A DNA stretch of 64,000 bases, taken from Verrucomicrobiota bacterium (GTDB lineage Bacteria > Verrucomicrobiota > Verrucomicrobiia > Opitutales > Coraliomargaritaceae). The notes under the pieces were generated by a model that ran no database searches, was not told where the DNA came from, and saw nothing but the letters and a program-made list of their open reading frames with translations. Positions 42,678 to 50,185 of the stretch are shown piece by piece. Position numbers and translations under genes: made by a program. The stretch lies in contig JBCBZJ010000001.1 of assembly GCA_039815375.1 (NCBI GenBank), positions 128,001 through 192,000 on the forward strand, in the 5' to 3' direction. Positions within the stretch are counted from its first letter, which is position 1. Each line of letters starts with the position of its first letter.

Positions 42678-43045
42678 CAGAATAGGACTTAATGCATCTA
42701 ACTTTCAACAGATAAATTACAGGTTTTTTTGAAAAAACTTTTTTGAAAGTTCACTTACGATTTCTATAAGCTGGGCTAATTCGAAAAAATTCTTCCATTA
42801 ACTTAATTTTAAATACGTTATAATTTTGGTATTGAAGGACTTCAGCTTTTTGAAGCACTTCGACATTTCCCTCTTGCTGCCGCCGAGTTGCTCTTGGGCA
42901 ATCTGCTTTGACAAGCTCAGTATAGGTCAGGATTTTTCCTTATATCTGGTTATTGGCACGTTAGAGTCGATACTCCCGCCCTAAACTCTATGCGAGCAGT
43001 GTTCATTGCGCACGTAATCCGGTCGCAGTTTCATGCTTTTATGCT

Positions 43046-45214
43046 TCAATTTGTAGAGCGTTTTAACGCATCGGAAGAGAGAGCATTGAGCTGGTTGATC
43101 AAATTCCGGTCTTCCGGGTGATGAATCAATCCCTCCTGGATGATTTGCTCGGCTCTTTCGTGATCGCTTGCATCGGTAGTAAGTTGAGCTCGCTCGAGAA
43201 ATATATCTGACTCGGCGTGCTGAATCGCCTCTGAATAGTTCGCAAGGAAACGTTCCGCTCTTCCAGGATCGTTGACTTTCTGCGAGAGCTTTGCAGCCAG
43301 AATTGCCGCCTTTCGATCATCCGGTGTGATTTCGAGTATTCGTGCATACACTTCGATCGCGTCCTCATAATATTCCAGATTGACGAGTGCCGAGCCGATT
43401 ACCCAATTGTTACGATAGACGTGCGGTTGGATGGAGTAATACTGAAGACTATGAAACAAAGCTTCCTTGTGTTCGCCCTGCATCGCTAAAATCTCAGCCA
43501 GTTTCACCCGCGCAAATAATAAAGTTGGATATCGGGAAAGGGCAGATCGAGCGACATTCTCAGCCTCCTGGATATCCCCATCGTTCAGCGCAGGGAAAAA
43601 GTTCTGATAGAAGATTCTGTCGGCTCGAATCTCGGCGATCACGCGTGAGCCGAATAAAAGGAAACCGAGCAAGACGAAGACTGTTGAGATAAGCGCAAGC
43701 AAACGTGCGGGCCGCCAACTTAGGTTAACGGAGATTTGGTAACGCTCTAGCCAACCGGCTCCAGAAAAAATGATTCCGAGACAAGAAAGGAAGACAAATT
43801 GGTGACCGGTAAAAAAGAGAGGTGCACTGAAGAGCGCAACGGTCGCCAAAACGAGTAGGGGTAAGAAAGCGGCCAAGGCAGGGGGAATCCCTCCTGTCGA
43901 GTTATTTTCTTTTTTGAACAGAAGTCGGCCTGTTGCAGCAAGTAGAATCACAAAGATCGCGGACATACCCAGGATGCCGGGAATCCCAAGCTCAATGCTT
44001 ATCTCAAGGTAGTCATTATGTAGGAAATAAAGTATCTTCTCCTTCATGTTGAGTCCTTCTTCATCAATGGCCCGGGACTATGGAGGCCACTCCGCTCTGA
44101 AATTACCCTCTCCTACGCCAAGAGGAAGCGCATCCAGAAACATGATCCATCCATTCCTGAGGAAGGAAATTCGTGTTCGAGCAGAGCCTCCGAAAATTTC
44201 CTGACCGGCCTCCTCGAAACTTCCTTCGCTTTCGACTGCGAATGTTTTGCCCAGTGTCTTGGAAATATTGTCCCACTGGAGTTCAAAGCCCCGCGGCGTC
44301 AGATTGATAAGAATCAGGAATGCCAGAATACTGACAGCTCCAACTGTGAGTTTGCCTCGGTGGCTGTTCAGTTTGAAAGCAGCAACGTGTTTCCTGATTA
44401 TAATAAAACCGACCAGAACAAGACTGGAGAGTATGGTTGCAATCCACACATTCCTCGAAAAAGAAGCATAGGCCCCAAGGGAGCTGATTACCGCAAAAAA
44501 CGCCCAGATGGTTGATGTTAACGACGTTCTACTGATCGAGAAGAAATAGAGAGCAAGCGAAACTCCAACCGCCGATATTTGGCCTGCGAAGTTTTTGTTG
44601 ACGAGGAAACCGGCGGGTGGGGCCACTTGGTTGGCAGGGGCTGCATCGAACCAATATTGAAACAAAACAACTGCCGCGTTCAAAATACAGCCAATCGCCA
44701 TCGCACCGATGAGAAATTGTGTTTCCCGTGGGGTCGGCCTCTGAAGGCATATCAAGAGAAAACCCAAAACTGGAAACGCCCATCTCGACCAGTCATACAG
44801 AACGAGATGCGGACTGTTTGCAAAAAAGACTGTTGCGAGGCTGTAGAGTGCTAATAGAAGAACCGGAACTGCGGTGAGTGGAATTTTTAAACTAATCTTC
44901 CTGTTGTCATTCTTAAAGGAAGTATAGGTCCTGATCAGGGCTGCGGTACAAGCAAAAGCGACGATTGAAGAGATAAAAAGTGCTTTGGGAAGTCGGCTGG
45001 CGCCACTCATCCCATCAAGGTAGATTATGGGCCAAATCGCCAAGCCCATTGCTAGTATATAAAAGGAGAGCCTCAAGTTGGAAAAAGGAGAGTTGATAAC
45101 GCGGAGTCGTACATTGAGTAGATCGGCTATCACGATTTTGGTGATCGAGCCGAGCCTAAACGTGTTAAGTGTAAAGACCCCGGGCTGATTCTCGAAACGG
45201 CACCAGCTCACCAA
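43046..45214 (-). pseudogene. O-antigen ligase/oligosaccharyltransferase (Wzy_C) plus TPR gene interrupted by one in-frame TAG (44078-44080)
   Basis: 5' ORF has NKNF, SFSRNVW, R and GVGEGNF; 3' ORF has LHNDYLEISIELGIPG and TPRs. Both are in the same frame: ...TGG CCT CCA TAG TCC CGG GCC ATT GAT GAA GAA GGA CTC AAC ATG.... Start uncertain. Confidence 0.8.
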
Positions 45215-45417
45215 AACAGCTTCTCTAGCACTCTAGGTCGGGCAGCCTAAAAAACAAAGACAGCGACTATTCTTTGAGGAAACTTATCAAATCTTTTATG
45301 CAGTTCAGCGTTGTTCGAAGCGAGTCCTGTTCGCACAGGGAAGGAATCTTCGGTTATCTGCCTGTTACCGTCTCTGCCTGGATCATAGTAGCGCGATCCA
45401 TTTTGACCATCTTTCGA

Positions 45418-45924
45418 CTACAGCTCTGCTAAGCGCTCAAAAGCGACCGGGAAAACCTCCTGAGAGTTGCCGGGGCTGGTCAGAGCGGTGAGTGTCCCGT
45501 CTTTCACTTCGAAGGCTTGGAACTGTGGTGTCCCTCCGTCGATCTTGGTAAGCCATGGTTTCTTATCAATGACCTCGGGGCTGATGGCAGGCCAATCAAA
45601 GGCCGTCTCCCGGAGATAGTCAGCCCGCGCGCGCGGGCTCTGATCGACGCTGTAGGTAATGAACTCAAGGTTCTTGGACTTCTTGATAAGATCTTCGTAG
45701 GCGGATGACAGGGCAGCGCTGACCTGCTTGCAGGGCGCGCACCAGGATGCGGTGTAGTAAAAGATGACAACTCTGGTTTCTTCCTGAGGGCTGAGAGGAT
45801 TCAGCGTGAATCGATTTGCTTCGACCAATTCGGGCAGGGGGAGGGTGGTGCCCTTCTCAAACGCATCGGCACGGCTCGCCATAAGGGCGATCACGAGGAA
45901 GAGTGAAGAACGTGCAAAGTGCAT
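45418..45924 (-). CDS. Exported thioredoxin-like protein
   Basis: Signal peptide; YTASWCAPCK. Confidence 0.85.
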   Translation of the reverse strand: MHFARSSLFLVIALMASRADAFEKGTTLPLPELVEANRFTLNPLSPQEETRVVIFYYTASWCAPCKQVSAALSSAYEDLIKKSKNLEFITYSVDQSPRARADYLRETAFDWPAISPEVIDKKPWLTKIDGGTPQFQAFEVKDGTLTALTSPGNSQEVFPVAFERLAEL

Positions 45925-45929
45925 GTATC

Positions 45930-48245
45930 CTAAAAGTCGATACGGCCACCGAGGGTGAAGCCGCGGGGGTAGCGCGGGCCGTAAACATAGTCGGAGTCAC
46001 GACCGGCACCGACTTCGAGGTCGTCCTGATACTCGTCGAAGATGTTGTTCACTCCGGCGCGCAACGTGAGCTCGATATCATTGCTGAGCTCGAATGATTT
46101 GCTGATGCCGAAATCGACAACAAAGAAATCAGGTGAGTCTTCGAGCGTCTCGGTGTTGGCGTTGGCAACTTCCATGGTGCCGGTCCATTTGAGTGCAAGG
46201 AAAGCATCGAAGAGAGCCTCATTGTCATAGACCAGCTGAAGCAGTCCGGACCAGTCCGGGACCTTATTGTATTTGTCGGAAAAGACTCCGTTGAAGATCT
46301 CCTGATCTTCGTCAAACCGCGTCTTGTTGTAGGCGAGTCCGGCATTGGCTGACCAGTTTTCATCAAAACGATAGCTGAGGTCCCACTCGACTCCGTAAAT
46401 GGTTGAGCCTTCCGTATTGATCCGTTCGACCTTGATCCGACCGTTCGGGCCTGGGCCGCCATTGGGCTCTTCGACACGAAAGGAATCGTCGAGGATTGTA
46501 TAGTAGACTTGAAGAGAGGTCACTAGTTTACCTTCAAGTGCAGCAGGCGTAAAATCGACGCCGAGCGCGAAAGTTTGCGAACGTTCTTCCGTCAGGCCGT
46601 CAGCGTTGACTGTGTCGACGGGGGTGCCGCCGAGGTTGTCGACGTGGACGTCCTCGGAGAAGACGCGAGGCGCAAGGAAACCGGTGGAGTAGTTGGCTCG
46701 AAGAGTCACTTCGTTGCTGGCCGTATAGCGGAGTGCGATCCGTGGCGAGAAGACCCAGTCGTCAAGGGTGTTAGCCTTGTCAAAGCGGAAGCCGGGCAGC
46801 AATTCTAAATTCCCGGTGATGAGCCATTCGTCCTGCGCATAGACGCCGAAGTTGTCAAACTTGTCGTCCTGTAACACACTGACGAAACTGCCGAAGGCAT
46901 TGCGGTTGATGTCTTCAAGGTCCTCTTCTTCATACTGGAATCCGAAAATGAAGTTGTGCGTTCCTGTTCCGCCGAGCTCACCTGCGCTGTATTCGAACTG
47001 AGCGTCGAAGTAGTAGGAGGTCGTTGCGAGGTCGCCGAACTGGTTGAAGGAACCGCCGCCGGTGCCGGTCCCATCGCCGAAGAGGGCGAAGGCGCGCTGC
47101 TCATCGTCGGTGCCGCCGTCGATCGGGGTTGCTCCGTTGTAGGTGCCGTTTGCCGGATTCTGTGTGGTTACGACAACCAAGTCTGGATCGATGGCTTCAT
47201 CACCCGTGCCGCCATAGAAGCTGTTGCGGTCGAGTTGGACGGTTGAAGCGGCAAGCTTGAAATTGAAATTATCGGTGAATTCCTGCTCCCAGTTCAGCGT
47301 TGCCCAGTGGTAATCGGTATCCAGGAACTCTGAGATCTGCGCGAACTGATTTGGGCGTCCGAGCTGGTCGCCCCCACGGCGCTCTTCGCCGATGTATTGA
47401 TAGTTGAAGCGGAAACGGGTTTTCTCAAACGGGGTCCACCAGAGGTAAGTGCCGATCACCTGATTCTCTCGTTCAACGAGTTCGGAGAAGCCATCGCCGT
47501 TGGCATCGTATTCATTCTGGTTGCCGACTAGACCGTAAATCGCGGCCTTGAAGGATTTGTCCTCATTCACGAAATAATTCACGAACTGGCTCTGATAGGC
47601 TGGCTCGCCATCGATACTGCGGTAGGTGAAATCGACATGACCATGACTTTCAAATGGCTCCTCGGGTATGAGGTTGATCACGCCGGCAACTGCACCTGGC
47701 CCGTAGAGCGCCGAGCCCCCACCTTTAACGATTTCAATCCTTTCCACGAAGATCGTAGGGATTTGGTCGATTCCATAGACCGACGCAACGCCGGTGAAGA
47801 GCGGGAGGCCATCGACCAGTATCTGGTTGTAGTTACCGGGAAGGCCGAGTAGCTGGATTTCGGCGGTGCCACAGTTTTGGCAGTTGGCCTCGGTGCGTGC
47901 GCCGTTGAGCAGTTCGAGGGCTTGCCCGAGTTCAGCGACAGCAGCCGATTCGAAAAGGTCACTACCAAGCACATCGGTCTTGATCGGCACATCGGTCAGA
48001 AGTCTTTCGGTGCGAGTGCCGGTGCTGACGACGGTGAATTCTTCTAGTTCATAGATATCTCGCTGTGCATGCGAGTGCTCTTGATCGTATTGATGCGTCT
48101 GCGCCTTGGTGGGCATTTCTGCTCGGGCTGCCCCGGCGAAAAAGCCGATTGCGGCCAGCATCACGGTGAAGCTGCCTTGCCTGCCATAATTTCCGTCAAT
48201 GTATTTCACCCATTGGACATGATTGAAGGAAAAGCTATATGTCAA
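45930..48245 (-). CDS. TonB-dependent receptor with CxxC in the plug domain
   Basis: EEFTVVSTGTRTE TonB box region, NCQNCG, ERIEIVKGGGSALYG...GVIN, GVNNIFD, terminal Phe. Start uncertain. Confidence 0.92.
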   Translation of the reverse strand: MTYSFSFNHVQWVKYIDGNYGRQGSFTVMLAAIGFFAGAARAEMPTKAQTHQYDQEHSHAQRDIYELEEFTVVSTGTRTERLLTDVPIKTDVLGSDLFESAAVAELGQALELLNGARTEANCQNCGTAEIQLLGLPGNYNQILVDGLPLFTGVASVYGIDQIPTIFVERIEIVKGGGSALYGPGAVAGVINLIPEEPFESHGHVDFTYRSIDGEPAYQSQFVNYFVNEDKSFKAAIYGLVGNQNEYDANGDGFSELVERENQVIGTYLWWTPFEKTRFRFNYQYIGEERRGGDQLGRPNQFAQISEFLDTDYHWATLNWEQEFTDNFNFKLAASTVQLDRNSFYGGTGDEAIDPDLVVVTTQNPANGTYNGATPIDGGTDDEQRAFALFGDGTGTGGGSFNQFGDLATTSYYFDAQFEYSAGELGGTGTHNFIFGFQYEEEDLEDINRNAFGSFVSVLQDDKFDNFGVYAQDEWLITGNLELLPGFRFDKANTLDDWVFSPRIALRYTASNEVTLRANYSTGFLAPRVFSEDVHVDNLGGTPVDTVNADGLTEERSQTFALGVDFTPAALEGKLVTSLQVYYTILDDSFRVEEPNGGPGPNGRIKVERINTEGSTIYGVEWDLSYRFDENWSANAGLAYNKTRFDEDQEIFNGVFSDKYNKVPDWSGLLQLVYDNEALFDAFLALKWTGTMEVANANTETLEDSPDFFVVDFGISKSFELSNDIELTLRAGVNNIFDEYQDDLEVGAGRDSDYVYGPRYPRGFTLGGRIDF

Positions 48246-48249
48246 ATTA

Positions 48250-48273
48250 CTTATTTTGAATAATCAAAATAAG
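48250..48273. promoter_or_regulatory. Perfect 10-4-10 palindrome, candidate metalloregulator operator
   Basis: CTTATTTTGA-ATAA-TCAAAATAAG immediately upstream of the TonB receptor gene. Confidence 0.6.
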
Positions 48274-48528
48274 GAGCAAGGCAATATTGATGTATCATTA
48301 CATGCCTCCTACTCTTAGAGCTTGTCTAATACATGGATAAAAGCGTCGCTTTACTCCTCACATGTCGCGAAATCGAAGTCAGCGAAGCGGACGTAGTAAA
48401 ATGAAGATGGCGTAGCAAATCGACATCCAAATCCATGGCGAACTCGATTTCGTCCACCTTGCCTTGGGGAGTAACCATAATTGGATTTTACTGAACGTTC
48501 TCTTAGGGATGCTATTTCTAACCACCTT

Positions 48529-50139
48529 TTATTCGACGACCGACCTGTAGAAACGCTGGGTTTCCGAGGGGGTGATGCTCGTTGGGCTTTCTGGTTGCGG
48601 AACGAGGTTTTCAAACGAGTCGCTCACCAAGTCTGTGCTTTCCTGAAGCGTGCCGGTGAAATTGATTTGCAACTGATCGGCTCCAATCGCGTTTACTCCG
48701 ATCGAGGGTGGGGCGACCAGCTCGCGCAGGATACCGTCCTGCTTGTTCAGGACAAAGATCCGTCCGGGTGTGTTCACACTGAAGCGCAAATCCGTTCGTG
48801 TCGTGGTGTTGATGCTTCGTGAGGATCTGACTTCGTTGATCAAATCGATAAGTGGGACGACCTCGCCGTTAGGTCTATTGGGCTGTAGCTCCCGGATGCC
48901 GTCCTGTCCTCCGTTTAGCGGGTCATTGTCTACGTCGATAATGAAAAACAAACCGGTTGGGAAATCACCGAAGAGCAACTGACCGTTCATTCCCGGGATG
49001 TCGGTGCTGCGGGCCACTTCACCGACTGTGGCGGCGCGGTTGCCAATATTCGTGGGCAAGCTGTTGACCGGGTTGGTATGATCGTATTCGGCTACGGGAT
49101 CAGTTAGGCCGGATGTGCTGCTGGACTCAAAGGCGAAGCTGCCTTCTCGCAGGTCCCATCCGAAGTTGGCACCATTGGCTGCCTCGTTTATCTCCTCCAC
49201 GGCATTTTGTCCGATGTCGGCGATGTAGAACTCGCCCGTATCTATATCCCATCCGAATCGTTGGGGATTCCTCAGCCCGTAGCAGTAGATTTCAGCAAGC
49301 GTGGAGCTATTGCCGTCCGAAGCGAGGATGTTGGCCGATACGATGCCATACGCTCCGTTACTGCTGTTGGAGCCGGTCGGATTGATGCGAAGGATGGCAC
49401 CGTAGGGATTCGAATTGTCCTCGCCATTTTCCTGCGGGTCGCCGCCCGAGCCGCCGTCGCCGATGGCAATGTAGAGGTTGCCGTAGTCGGCATCGCTGGA
49501 GCTGACGGTTGGATTAAATGCAATCAGCCCGGCATTGTGGTTTCCGTAGGGCTGCTTGAAACGAATGAGTTCCCGGTAGGCGGGTTGCCCCGGGACAGGT
49601 GTGAAAGTTCCGGCAGTAGGGTCCTCCGTCCGCCATTCGAGCAGCAGTGTGTGGAAAACGGTGCTGCCACCCGGGTTAAAGTCCGGTGCCTGTGAGGTGT
49701 CGTCCGAGCTGTGGATCGTATAAAAGCGGCCGTAGCCATCGGTGCCGGAATTGAAGAAATCGGGGTGGAAGGCAAAGGCTTGGAAGCCTTGCTCGCCGGA
49801 GCTGGTGCGCAGATCCAGATCCGAATAGCTCCGCAGGTCCAGATACTCGGTCACTGTAGTTGTTAGATCAGGATTGAATTCAATTAGGTAAAGTGGGCCC
49901 CGCTGGTCATTGAGAAAGTAGCGGCCGCTCGGGTCGGTTGTCATCACGCTCATGCGTGGCGGACTATTTGTGCTGTAGTCCGGAATGACGGCGACATCCA
50001 AGAGATAGGTCTCCAGTTCACTGACAGGGATGCGATCCGCGAAATAGTTCTGTGACTGAAGCCCAGTGCCGGTGGCCAGTACAGCTGCAAAAAGCTTGAA
50101 TCCGGCAGTGGGGAAGGTTGCGGTCAGATTCAGGGGCAT
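48529..50139 (-). CDS. Exported PQQ-dependent glucose/sorbosone dehydrogenase-family beta-propeller protein
   Basis: GEQG...AFHPDF, NHNAG, LYIAIGDGGS, GAILRI, YGLRNP, DIGQNAVEEIN, NFGW. Confidence 0.85.
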   Translation of the reverse strand: MPLNLTATFPTAGFKLFAAVLATGTGLQSQNYFADRIPVSELETYLLDVAVIPDYSTNSPPRMSVMTTDPSGRYFLNDQRGPLYLIEFNPDLTTTVTEYLDLRSYSDLDLRTSSGEQGFQAFAFHPDFFNSGTDGYGRFYTIHSSDDTSQAPDFNPGGSTVFHTLLLEWRTEDPTAGTFTPVPGQPAYRELIRFKQPYGNHNAGLIAFNPTVSSSDADYGNLYIAIGDGGSGGDPQENGEDNSNPYGAILRINPTGSNSSNGAYGIVSANILASDGNSSTLAEIYCYGLRNPQRFGWDIDTGEFYIADIGQNAVEEINEAANGANFGWDLREGSFAFESSSTSGLTDPVAEYDHTNPVNSLPTNIGNRAATVGEVARSTDIPGMNGQLLFGDFPTGLFFIIDVDNDPLNGGQDGIRELQPNRPNGEVVPLIDLINEVRSSRSINTTTRTDLRFSVNTPGRIFVLNKQDGILRELVAPPSIGVNAIGADQLQINFTGTLQESTDLVSDSFENLVPQPESPTSITPSETQRFYRSVVE

Positions 50140-50185
50140 GAATATAGGCTAACGATTCCTTTTCGGAAATCAAATCGACGGTGCG

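Noticed and set aside
42954..42968. Sigma-54 promoter near TGGCAC in the pilin upstream region
   Set aside because: Wrong strand for the pilin operon and no correctly spaced TTGC -12 element.
44078..44080. Genome-wide amber recoding or pyrrolysine as the explanation for the in-frame TAG
   Set aside because: fabF and hisH end at TAG at their expected C-termini, no other gene is interrupted, and no pyl genes or suppressor tRNA are visible.
48326..48614. Small ORFs between the TonB receptor and the dehydrogenase genes
   Set aside because: No motif or convincing RBS, and one overlaps the upstream gene; not supportable.
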